This document shows, one piece after another, positions 9,842-17,786 of a stretch of DNA of 29,165 nucleotides; positions within the stretch are counted from its first letter, which is position 1, and each line of letters starts with the position of its first letter. A program made the translations under genes and the position numbers. Under the pieces are notes generated by a model. That model worked only from the letters and a program-made list of their open reading frames with translations. It made no database searches and was not told where the DNA came from. The stretch is from a virus (Duplodnaviria > Caudoviricetes): the IMG/VR virus record IMGVR_UViG_3300048851_000189, positions 1-29,165 of that record; one strand, written 5' to 3'.

Positions 9842-11124
9842 CTGGTCCAATGTTTCTCTCGCTGGATTCGGCTGCGATGGCGGCGTGCATCGGCGGCGCC
9901 CAGGTCTCAGTCTGCTATGCGGCACCGGGGATCCAGCAAGAACCCGCCGAGGCCCTGGCCAGCCTAGCGAAGCACCTAGATCCGGTCCTGATCACAGTGA
10001 TCCTGGACTTCGATGAACGTGTGATGCGCATGGGGTTCGGGGACCTCGCTGCTGTAGCGGTTCTCCGAGACGCCGGGATCACCGTGCGCTCAACCCCAGG
10101 GCTACGCACCGGCCTCCTGGTGGTTGACGACGCGGGTTTCATCTTCACGCCCATCGCCCGGTACCTCGAGGCCGACCGGCGAGAGACCGAGGCTCCGAAC
10201 GCCCTCCGCTTGTCTCCGGAGCAGGTGCGGGAAGCTCTCGCTCGGCTTTCCCCGGCTGCCAAGGCGATAGCCGTGGCGATGGCGAAGACGCCCGAGGAGC
10301 GGGAAAGGATCCAGGAGCAAGCCGTCGAGGTGCGCTCTGACGACATCCCGTCCGCCCAGTTCGCCGCGGTCGAGCAAGGCCTGAAGGACGCGCCACCCGT
10401 GCGCTTCGATGTTGCCCGCCAGGTCCGCGTCTTCGAGCCGTACCTTCAGTACGTGGAGTTGCACCTCACGGGCGCAGCCATCCAACGCCGGAAGCTGGCC
10501 ATTCCCAAGGTCATCCAGAACCTCGGTGCCGCCGAAGGAGCGCAGACACGGTTCAACACGACGTTCGACCTGATCGAGCGTGAAAGCGAATTGTCCTCAA
10601 AGCATATCGAGGACGCGCTGAAGGAGATCCGGGATAACTTCACGCCCTCACTTGGCAAGGACCACGGCCGTGTACTGCTGAAAGCGCAGAAGCCATTGTT
10701 TGAGCAGCGGTTGGCTGAGCTCCGCGCGAAGCTGGAGGAATTCCAGACTAGGGTGAAGGAGAAGCTGCAAAACAGCCTCGACGCGTCGCGCGACGAGATC
10801 ATCGCATACTATCTCCAAGGAGTGCTGGCGAAGCCGCCAGACAAGTTCCGTGGGCAATTGCTGAATGACCCAACCGAGGAAGATTGCCGCCGATGGCTGG
10901 CGCAGCAGCTTCAAAGCGTCATCCCCACCGCCGAGAGCCTGATCAAGAAGATGGAGCTCGAGCAGACCTATAAGGACGTCACCTTCGAGACGTTGAACAA
11001 GCCCGACTTCGTCCAGAGCCTCCGGAAGGCCTTCCCAACTGTGGACTGGAATAAGGCATACGATGAATTTCAGGCGGCGGGCGAAGCGACCTCGCCCGTC
11101 GTCCCGAGTGACGGAAGTGGCTGA
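9838..11124 (+). CDS. Hypothetical protein with degenerate PLD-like N-terminal domain and helical/coiled-coil C-terminus
   Basis: GTGA overlap with the helicase stop. VCYAAPGI...VILD...LRTGLLVVDDAGFIFTP follows a PLD-like pattern without the HxK residues. Heptad-rich FEQRLAELRAKLEEFQTRVKEKLQ. Confidence 0.75.
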   Translation: MTGPMFLSLDSAAMAACIGGAQVSVCYAAPGIQQEPAEALASLAKHLDPVLITVILDFDERVMRMGFGDLAAVAVLRDAGITVRSTPGLRTGLLVVDDAGFIFTPIARYLEADRRETEAPNALRLSPEQVREALARLSPAAKAIAVAMAKTPEERERIQEQAVEVRSDDIPSAQFAAVEQGLKDAPPVRFDVARQVRVFEPYLQYVELHLTGAAIQRRKLAIPKVIQNLGAAEGAQTRFNTTFDLIERESELSSKHIEDALKEIRDNFTPSLGKDHGRVLLKAQKPLFEQRLAELRAKLEEFQTRVKEKLQNSLDASRDEIIAYYLQGVLAKPPDKFRGQLLNDPTEEDCRRWLAQQLQSVIPTAESLIKKMELEQTYKDVTFETLNKPDFVQSLRKAFPTVDWNKAYDEFQAAGEATSPVVPSDGSG

Positions 11125-11414
11125 ATGCGGCGTCCGTTCCGTACCAAAGTGTTCGCTCCCGAACTACGGATTTCGGGCAAGTGGGGTTCGAACCAGAGCA
11201 AGTGCCGACCGCGCTGAAACCGGCCATTTACCTAGGTTTTTGCGTTCCGTACTAAAACGCCCAAGTCAGGAGGTCTGGAGAGAATAGGCCTCCGGAGAGC
11301 GATTTTCGAGCTTCTCCGCGTCTGGCCAGTCAACAGGTCTGCCCCAAAAATCCCAGGAAACCTGCCACTCAGTGCGGCGTCCGGTCAGGCGGAGAGCACA
11401 ACTCGTAAGGGAAC

Positions 11415-11455
11415 TGGCGGATCAGGTGAGATTCGAAGCCTCGATACGCTTGCAC
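11415..11455 (-). other. Degenerate tRNA-Ser-like 3' fragment (old att scar)
   Basis: The minus strand reads GTGCAAGCGTATCGAGGCTTCGAATCTCACCTGATCCGCCA: variable-arm remnant, T-loop TTCGAAT and a GCCA end as in tRNA-Ser. The T-stem is mismatched and there is no 5' half. Confidence 0.55.
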
Positions 11456-11801
11456 TTGTGTGGATAGCGGCTGGCAACCTCAGCCTCGAGTCCAAAGCCA
11501 TACAAACGGCGCTATCAAAGCTCTGGCTTGAGGCGCAGTTTTGGAACTCAACACGACTGGAGGGCATTAGGAACCGCTGAACCCCACCTACTCAAGCAAA
11601 AAATTCTATTCGAATTCAGCCGGTTAAACCTTGGTGGTAAATCGCTTTACCCTCAAGCTTCGGAGACTCTCGGCTCTCCAGAGACGAGAATGCCGGAACG
11701 TTCCGAGCTCAAACCATCAACCCCCAATGCCAAAAACCGCATGGAAACTGGGCTTCTGAGCGGTGTCCACTGACATAGAGAATGGTTGGAAGAAGGCCGA
11801 C

Positions 11802-11846
11802 TGGAGCGGGTGAAGGGATTCGAACCCTCGACCCCAACCTTGGCAA
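11802..11846 (-). other. att site: 3' half of tRNA-Gly(GCC), from anticodon loop to CCA
   Basis: The minus strand reads TTGCCAAGGTTGGGGTCGAGGGTTCGAATCCCTTCACCCGCTCCA. The 5' half is absent and the fragment lies 190 bp from the integrase. Confidence 0.92.
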
Positions 11847-11967
11847 TCTTCAAGTCGGCTGTTTTCCGGGGCTTTCTTGGTGTCGCTTGGAATGGCGTGG
11901 AGCGGGTTAGCGCTCTGAAAAGTAAGCCCCTATCTATTCCGCGGAATTGCCAGAATCGCCGTGGATT

Positions 11968-12025
11968 TGCTTCTCTCTGCTTCCGCCATGCTTCCGCGGC
12001 CTTAGGCCTGGTTGCCGCGGAAGCA
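11968..12025. promoter_or_regulatory. Putative integrase arm-type binding sites / hairpin
   Basis: TGCTTC at 11968, 11978 and 11989 (10-11 bp period). Perfect 12-bp inverted repeat TGCTTCCGCGGC (11989-12000) / GCCGCGGAAGCA (12014-12025) just before the int RBS. Confidence 0.6.
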
Positions 12026-12036
12026 GAAGGTGACCT

Positions 12037-13260
12037 ATGCCCAAGATAACAAAGCGAATTGTCGATGGCCTGAGGCCCGATGCTGAGGGCAAGGAGGCTC
12101 TTGTCTGGGACAGCGAGCTGAAGGGATTCGGCGTGCGCATGATGCCGTCCGGAGTAGCGTCGTACTTCGTCTACTACCGGACGGGTGAAGGCCGGCAGCG
12201 CAAGCTGGTGCTGGGGCGCGTGGGCACCCTGACCCCAGAGCAGGCACGTGCTCTTGCCCGCGACAAGCTGGGCGAGGCTGCAAAAGGTGCAGACCCATCG
12301 GCCGAGCGGCACCAGCGGCGGGGTGCGCTGACGATCACCGAACTATGTGACCTGTATCTGGAGGACGCTGCACCGAGAGTGAAAGCCTCCACCCTCGCCA
12401 TGGACCGTAGCCGTATCGAGACGCATGTGAAGCCGCTGATCGGCCGACATAGCCTTCCCAGCCTGACCACAGATGATGTGGTGAAGATGCAGGCTGATAT
12501 CGCGGGCGGGAAGTCGGCCAAGGCGAAGGAGAAGGGCAGGGGCGGCAAGACCACAGGCGGTAAAGGGGTGGCGTCCCGCACCGTGGGCATGCTGGGCACC
12601 ATCCTGGAGTTCGCCAGGCGCCGGAAGATGATCAAGGAGAACGTGGCTCGGGGCGTGCAGCGGCTGCCGGAGGGGAAGCAGACGCGCTTCCTGACCCTCG
12701 CCGAGATTGGCAAGCTGGGTAAGGCCATGCAGGAGGCCGAGGATACGGAGAACCCCACAGCGCTGGCGGCAATCCGCTTCTTCCTGCTGACCGGCTGCCG
12801 CCGCATGGAGGTACTGGCTTTGCCGCTCGCCTGGGTGGATGAGGACCATCGCTGTATTCGCTTCCGAGATGCCAAGGGCATCCGCGCTCGCGAGGTGGGA
12901 AGTCGGATCGAGATCCGCGTGCTTGGGCGCGATGCCCTGCAGACGCTGGAAGGTGTCACCAGGCCGGAGGGTAGCCCCTGGGTCTTCCCTGCAGGCCGCG
13001 GCGATGGCCATTTCGTCGGCCTGCCCAACGTGCTGGAGCGGCTTTGCAGTCGGGCCAAGCTGGAGGGGGTGACCCTGCACGTCCTGCGGCACACCTTCGC
13101 CGCTACGGCGGCAGGCATGGGCTTCTCGGAACTGACCATCGCCGGGTTGCTGGGCCACAAGGTGCCGGGGGTGACTGCCCGCTATGCCCATGTCCCGGAC
13201 AGCGCCCTGCGGGCAGCTGCGGATCAGGTGGCAGAGAAGATCGCTAAGGCGCTGGGGTGA
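12037..13260 (+). CDS. int: Tyrosine recombinase/integrase with N-terminal arm-binding (DUF4102-type) domain
   Basis: N-terminal WDSELKGFGVR...YR...LG. Catalytic residues in TGCRRME, HVLRHTFA, LLGH and TARYAH. Adjacent to the tRNA att. Confidence 0.95.
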   Translation: MPKITKRIVDGLRPDAEGKEALVWDSELKGFGVRMMPSGVASYFVYYRTGEGRQRKLVLGRVGTLTPEQARALARDKLGEAAKGADPSAERHQRRGALTITELCDLYLEDAAPRVKASTLAMDRSRIETHVKPLIGRHSLPSLTTDDVVKMQADIAGGKSAKAKEKGRGGKTTGGKGVASRTVGMLGTILEFARRRKMIKENVARGVQRLPEGKQTRFLTLAEIGKLGKAMQEAEDTENPTALAAIRFFLLTGCRRMEVLALPLAWVDEDHRCIRFRDAKGIRAREVGSRIEIRVLGRDALQTLEGVTRPEGSPWVFPAGRGDGHFVGLPNVLERLCSRAKLEGVTLHVLRHTFAATAAGMGFSELTIAGLLGHKVPGVTARYAHVPDSALRAAADQVAEKIAKALG

Positions 13261-13304
13261 TGGCAGTAGGTCGGTGGCCGGGGAGATCCAGCGGCAGATG
13301 GCCG

Positions 13305-13436
13305 GGAACGCTTAACCCAGAAGTAAGCCAAAACAGCGTTCCCAGCGTTCCAGCGTTCCACATCAGCCGAAAACAAGGAGTTATGCGGAACGCTAGTGAA
13401 CTGGCTTAGCGTTCCCGGAACGGTAAACAGCGTTCC
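13305..13436. repeat. GGAACGCT octamer array 1 (7 perfect copies, 1 variant, mixed orientation)
   Basis: Copies at 13305, 13335, 13344, 13352, 13387, 13408 and 13429; variant GGAACGGT at 13417. Confidence 0.9.
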
Positions 13437-13581
13437 GCTAGGAGATTGGGAGGGCGGGATGATGCGGGTCACGGCGCGTTATGTGCATTACCTGGTTGCG
13501 GTGCTGGTGGTGGCGGCAGATCGGGTGGCAGGAGAGGTGGGGAGGCAGATTTTGTAGTGTGCGCTGCCTCCCAACTATCGT

Positions 13582-14577
13582 TTAAATGCCTGCGCGTTTC
13601 GCAATCTCATGAGCAATGGCAGCGAACTGGATACGGGCCTCATCGACCTGGGCGTAGTGTCCGGAATTAACGAGACCTCTTAGCTCTCCAATCCCAACTC
13701 CCTGCTTCTGAGCTTCCGGCGCCAAACTATGGAAGTGCTTTATGCCACCAACTTTATTGCCGCCAGCGGGCACTAAAGACGGATTAACAGCCTTCAATTC
13801 ATCAATTACACGAAGTTTTACTCTGGGCGCGATCTTTCGTTCCCAGTCAGCGTGAGGGTCAGAGGCATTTCTGCCAGAATTTACCTTAAAAGCTGAAGTA
13901 ATATAACCAATATATTTTGGCTCTCCACGAAAAATGCGCACTTGGTCCGCCGCAGATGCGAGACTGAAAATTGTATCCCATTCACGGATCCATTTGGCTA
14001 CTGATCGGCCAACTGTCGACAAAGCACGCAAAGAAAACAGATCCGCAGCAACTGGAGTAATGAAATAATCACAGTCAAGCAAAACTGCTCGGTTCAGAGC
14101 GCCTACATTTGGTCCCATGTCATAGAAACACACGTCTGCTTGCAGCGTATCACCGGCTTGATTAGCTACCTGCGACAGCGCAGTAGTCACATCATAACCA
14201 CGGGTACGGCGAGCGAAGCACTCTGTCCACGCTGCAGGTAGAGCTTCCTCATAATCCGATAGAAGGACATCGCCGGGTAGAAGGAAGATCGACCGGTCTG
14301 GAATTTTCCATGGCTGAACCGGCGCAATACCTCCCCGTCCTTCCACTACTGGCTTAACGGCGGACCACAAGGTTTGATCAGAGCCAATGCCGCCAGACTC
14401 TTCAAGTAAAATCTCTAGATCCGGCTCAGTCAAATAGAAAGAAGTCAAATTACATTGTGGATCTGCGTCAACAAGAAGAACGGTTTTACCAGCTATGGCT
14501 AAAGCTTTAGCAATATTAACGGTTAGAGTTGTTTTTCCAACCCCGCCCTTATGATTGAAAAGTGCAATTTTAATCAT
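13582..14577 (-). CDS. Orphan ParA/Soj-family ATPase (331 aa)
   Basis: Deviant Walker A NHKGGVGKTT, LVDADPQCNLT, LLPGD and YDMGPN. Noticeably AT-richer than flanks. No parB nearby. Confidence 0.9.
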   Translation of the reverse strand: MIKIALFNHKGGVGKTTLTVNIAKALAIAGKTVLLVDADPQCNLTSFYLTEPDLEILLEESGGIGSDQTLWSAVKPVVEGRGGIAPVQPWKIPDRSIFLLPGDVLLSDYEEALPAAWTECFARRTRGYDVTTALSQVANQAGDTLQADVCFYDMGPNVGALNRAVLLDCDYFITPVAADLFSLRALSTVGRSVAKWIREWDTIFSLASAADQVRIFRGEPKYIGYITSAFKVNSGRNASDPHADWERKIAPRVKLRVIDELKAVNPSLVPAGGNKVGGIKHFHSLAPEAQKQGVGIGELRGLVNSGHYAQVDEARIQFAAIAHEIAKRAGI

Positions 14578-14707
14578 GTGCTATCCCGCCGGATCCGGTT
14601 GGCACACATGCTAGCGGCAGACGTATTTGGTACAAGCTTATAGCGCAAACATTCTGCAGGCTGGCTCGCCAAAACTTCAATCACGCGCGGTCTAACCAAG
14701 ATGCAGA

Positions 14708-14737
14708 AGCCGCCCGGGAACAGTACGCCGGGCGGCT
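14708..14737 (-). terminator. GC-rich hairpin, possible intrinsic terminator after the HTH-peptidase gene
   Basis: AGCCGCCCGG-N10-CCGGGCGGCT perfect 10-bp stem, 12 nt past the stop. Weak U-tract. Confidence 0.5.
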
Positions 14738-14749
14738 GATACATGGCGC

Positions 14750-15826
14750 TCAGACAACCCTTAGTTTGGGCCGCTGAGATTGATCCGTCTCAATGCGCCC
14801 GTACAGCGTCATGAAATCACTCGCGGTTTCGCGGTTCATCTTCAGCAAGTCGCCAAACGAATAGCCAAGCTGATCGAGGTGCGTGGAGATTAGCTTTGTC
14901 ATCACCCTTGGCGCCTCCCGAGGAAAATCCGTCTCAGGCGGCTCACGTAGCCGCCAGCCACGGGAACTGATTTGCTGCCACAGGTAACGGCTCTGATTTG
15001 ACGTGATGATGCCAAGCGTCGACGTGCGCATCAGCAATGCCTGCATGGCCACACGCCACTCCAATTTAAGCCCTGCCAGCAGTTCGAGCGTGACTTGGCG
15101 GCCAAGAAACGCTGGCCGAATGTCGCGCTCGGGCATCAGGAACGCCGAAGCGAAGGCGTTGGCCTCGGACTCCATGTCAGCCGTCGGAAACCGGTGCATG
15201 ACAAGGTGGCCAAGTTCATGCGCCAGGGTGAAGCGCATCCGGTCTGCGGGCGCTGTCGAGCTTACCACCACCAGCGCGGGATTCCCGGGTGCCTTGAACG
15301 TTACACCGCTGATCGACGCACCGCCGAAGTCGGAGTGGCCGACGATGATGCCGGCACGCTCCATGAGCCGCGTCAGATCCTTAATCGGACCGTTTGGAAC
15401 GGACCAGTGAGCGCGGACGGTGGCCGCGATCTTCTCCGGCGTCCCGTACTGTTCAACGTCGAGGGACGGCAGGTCCGCGACCGGCTGGTAGTCAACCCCC
15501 TCCAGCATCCGGCGAATGTGGAACAGCCGCACATTCATCTCTGCTGTCACCATATCCACCTCGCGCGCCGTGACATCGGCTTTTCCGCGCAGCATGGCGT
15601 GCACGCTCACGGGTGGGCCATATACCGGCTCACGGATCGCGAAGAACTCGATCGGCGTTTCGTATACCCGGGAAGCCTTTGCGATCAGATCATCATCAGC
15701 GTCAGAGAGCCCGTTTTCCAAGCGCGAAAGGACGCCCTGCGGAATGCCAAGCCGGTCCGCCGACATCTTCTGTGTGAATCCACGACGCTGCCGCGCTAGG
15801 CGCAGCATTTCACCGACGTTAGACAT
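14750..15826 (-). CDS. XRE-family HTH + ImmA/IrrE (M78-like) Zn metallopeptidase
   Basis: N-terminal LRLARQRRGFTQ...LSRLENG HTH. RMRFTLAHELGH (HExxH) and ESEANAFASAFLMP. Confidence 0.93.
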   Translation of the reverse strand: MSNVGEMLRLARQRRGFTQKMSADRLGIPQGVLSRLENGLSDADDDLIAKASRVYETPIEFFAIREPVYGPPVSVHAMLRGKADVTAREVDMVTAEMNVRLFHIRRMLEGVDYQPVADLPSLDVEQYGTPEKIAATVRAHWSVPNGPIKDLTRLMERAGIIVGHSDFGGASISGVTFKAPGNPALVVVSSTAPADRMRFTLAHELGHLVMHRFPTADMESEANAFASAFLMPERDIRPAFLGRQVTLELLAGLKLEWRVAMQALLMRTSTLGIITSNQSRYLWQQISSRGWRLREPPETDFPREAPRVMTKLISTHLDQLGYSFGDLLKMNRETASDFMTLYGRIETDQSQRPKLRVV

Positions 15827-15833
15827 TTGTGTT

Positions 15834-16445
15834 CTACTTCGCGGCGGGCCTCTGGATGGGCTTTGGTGTCACCAGCAGATCGTCTCCATCGTCATCGCGC
15901 GGACCAATCGGATTCGGGATGTCAACCACCGTCCCGGCGGCGGCGCCGCGGTCGATCTCGTAGTTCCAAAGCATACGGTCTCCATCACGAGCGACGACGA
16001 ACACGTTACCGAGACGGATCTTCAGCTCGTCAGGCATCCAAATGAATTCGACTTTGGCGGCTTCGGCTGGGAGGCCCGGCAGCACGCCGGCGGCGTCAGC
16101 AAACGCCAGAGCAGATTGAGTCGGGACGTTGCGGCCAAGCTTGTTGGCATCTCCCTTCTTAAATCGAGCGATAACCTGACCTTTAAAGATCAACTTGATC
16201 GTCTGCGCCTCCACCTTCAACTTGACTATGGGGTCGGAGCCAAATTCCGTTATCGCGTGGCGCGCAATCGCATCGAACATAGAATTGGCTGTGGTGCGAG
16301 AATAAAGCAGAGGCGCGAACCCCGTAGCCGCGCGTAGCTGCGCGACGGCCCGAATCTCGTCCCACGATCGTTCGACCACGTCGCGGATGCGATGATGGTA
16401 AGTCTCTAGTACGGAGCGAACCTCTTCCTTGGTCGGATACGTCAT
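15834..16445 (-). CDS. Hypothetical protein co-transcribed with the HTH-peptidase (candidate toxin/effector)
   Basis: AGGAG RBS at 16451-16455 and 7-bp gap to the next gene. Contains IARFKKGD...RNVPTQ. The toxin role is inferred from context only. Confidence 0.75.
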   Translation of the reverse strand: MTYPTKEEVRSVLETYHHRIRDVVERSWDEIRAVAQLRAATGFAPLLYSRTTANSMFDAIARHAITEFGSDPIVKLKVEAQTIKLIFKGQVIARFKKGDANKLGRNVPTQSALAFADAAGVLPGLPAEAAKVEFIWMPDELKIRLGNVFVVARDGDRMLWNYEIDRGAAAGTVVDIPNPIGPRDDDGDDLLVTPKPIQRPAAK

Positions 16446-16486
16446 GGCTGCTCCTGGCGCCGCACGGCGTTTTGCAAATCTGCCCT

Positions 16487-16516
16487 AGAATATACAAATC
16501 CTATTCTGCGATGCAA
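16487..16516 (-). promoter_or_regulatory. Putative sigma70 promoter with overlapping palindromic operator
   Basis: Minus strand TTGCAT-16-TATATT. Inverted repeat AGAATA-N9-TATTCT (16487-16507) overlaps the -10 box. Confidence 0.5.
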
Positions 16517-16572
16517 GAAGGGGTCGGTGATTTACCCGTCCTCCTTCCTCGGCATCAAACTAGGCGCGGCGC

Positions 16573-16845
16573 CTATCGTCTCTGCAAAGCAGGAAGGGCC
16601 GTGTTGTTGGGGCTAACGGCCTTCCTCAACCGCACCCCGGCACCGCCGCCATTCTCAGGGATGAACTCGACGCCGGCAGCTTCTAGGGCAGCGCGAATGG
16701 CGTCTACGGTTCGCGGGTGAGGTTGGCGGCGCCCCACCTCGAAGTCAGCCAACGTAGCTACGGCCACCTTTGCATCTTTGGCTAGGTCGTCCCGTGTTAG
16801 GCGAAGCATGGCTCGGGCGCCTAGGCATTGTTCAGCGGAAATCAC
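16573..16845 (-). CDS. Small XRE-family HTH regulator (probable element repressor)
   Basis: ISAEQCLGARAMLRLTRDDLA...LADFEVGRRQP...AIRAALEAAGVEFIPENGGGAGVRL. Divergent from the early operon. GTG start chosen; the ORF is open to 16899. Confidence 0.85.
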   Translation of the reverse strand: MISAEQCLGARAMLRLTRDDLAKDAKVAVATLADFEVGRRQPHPRTVDAIRAALEAAGVEFIPENGGGAGVRLRKAVSPNNTALPALQRR

Positions 16846-16863
16846 TGATGTTAGTTTCCATCG

Positions 16864-16898
16864 TTGACAGGAAGCTCTGTCAGTGATTATAGCTGACA
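16864..16898 (+). promoter_or_regulatory. Early promoter with interlocking inverted-repeat operators
   Basis: TTGACA (16864) -18- TATAGC. TGACAG-N6-CTGTCA (16865-16882) and TGTCAG-N9-CTGACA (16878-16898). Confidence 0.6.
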
Positions 16899-16922
16899 TC
16901 GGCTCATGAAGCCAACAGAAGC

Positions 16923-16990
16923 GGCCGAGTCATAGGGCTGGAACCCCTGTGACCCGGCCTGACCACCACCCGTTCTAGGAGAACAGGTCA
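16923..16990 (+). promoter_or_regulatory. Two-hairpin structured leader
   Basis: Hairpin 1 is GGCCG-A-GTCATAGGG/CCCTGTGAC-C-CGGCC with loop CTGGAAC (16923-16959). Hairpin 2 pairs TGACC/GGTCA and GTTCT/AGAAC and covers the AGGAG RBS and the first base of the ATG. Confidence 0.5.
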
Positions 16991-17358
16991 TGGCTGCGCA
17001 TGCCGATACCATACCCGCGCCTACGGTCAGAAGAAGACTTGGCGGTGGGCCGGCTTCATCCCGCAGAAGAGTTCCATCCAACCTTGCCCACCTGGCGCAC
17101 CTCGCGCCGATCCTGGCTAACCGCGACCGCATCGAGGCCTTGGCCGCAGCTCTGATAGACCTGCTGGACAGCTTCGATGCCCCCATGGCGGACCGTGAGG
17201 ACGAGCCGGATTGCTGCGCCGCAGCCGATGACGATCTTGCCCCCAACCCCTCCCGGCAGCGCCGCAATGACTGGGGCGCGGGCACCCCGGAAGATGCCGA
17301 ACCGAACGTCGATGACGAGGCTTCGCGCCAGCCGCCGGTAATGGGGGTGGCTCAATGA
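16990..17358 (+). CDS. Hypothetical early protein (acidic C-terminus)
   Basis: AGGAG RBS, ATGA overlap with the next gene, and a RIEALAAALIDLLDSFD...D.E.E.D pattern. Confidence 0.65.
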   Translation: MAAHADTIPAPTVRRRLGGGPASSRRRVPSNLAHLAHLAPILANRDRIEALAAALIDLLDSFDAPMADREDEPDCCAAADDDLAPNPSRQRRNDWGAGTPEDAEPNVDDEASRQPPVMGVAQ

Positions 17359-17786
17359 GCACCCTCCCGATTCCCCGCCGCAACGCCTTCGCTGGCTTTC
17401 CCGCCGCCGCAATCCTCGCTGGCCTGGCCGTCCCCGTGTTCGCCGAGCCGGCTGAGCCCGACGCTGCCCTCCTGGCCGCCTGCGCCGATTTCTATGCTGC
17501 AGAGCGAGAGGAGGCGCGCGTAGGGGGGCTGCCGTTACGCCCGTTCGGAAGTCCTGAGGAACTGGCCATTGAGGCGCAGATCAACGCGATAGGTGCCCGG
17601 CTCGACTCCGCACTGATGGCAGCCAGCGTGCCGGCAGTGACTCAGGAGGGGATGCGGGCGAAGGCGGCGCTGATCCAGCACATGCTCCCGGAAGCCCTGG
17701 AACTGTTCAAGCTTCGGACCAACGACGACGAAGTTCGCCTGGTGCTGTCGCTGGCGCAGGACGTGCTGCGGGTGAAAGACGGCTGA
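17355..17786 (+). CDS. Hypothetical helical protein
   Basis: Coupled to the upstream ORF. RR followed by a hydrophobic N-terminus; PDAALLAAC...GMRAKA pattern of a kind often seen in alphaproteobacterial mobile elements. Confidence 0.7.
   Translation: MSTLPIPRRNAFAGFPAAAILAGLAVPVFAEPAEPDAALLAACADFYAAEREEARVGGLPLRPFGSPEELAIEAQINAIGARLDSALMAASVPAVTQEGMRAKAALIQHMLPEALELFKLRTNDDEVRLVLSLAQDVLRVKDG

Noticed and set aside
6290-11124. Assignment to DISARM, BREX or Zorya
   Set aside because: The signature partners (DrmA/DrmB, PglZ/BrxC, ZorA/ZorB) are not present in the window.
11183-11195. GGGGTTCGAACCA, T-loop-like string
   Set aside because: No acceptor stem or correctly placed CCA; too short to distinguish from chance.
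11802-11846. Intact tRNA-Gly gene
   Set aside because: The D-arm and the 5' acceptor strand are absent; similarity ends at the anticodon loop.
11653-13191. Long minus-strand ORFs over att and int (219, 328, 282 aa), and similar ones opposite the helicase, primase and capsid genes
   Set aside because: These are typical high-GC antisense shadows of motif-bearing genes, with Arg/Ser/Pro-biased composition.
13305-13436. Short repeats as a possible CRISPR array
   Set aside because: The repeats are 8 bp, in mixed orientation, with 0-27 bp spacers, and there are no cas genes. The same holds for 21811-21989.
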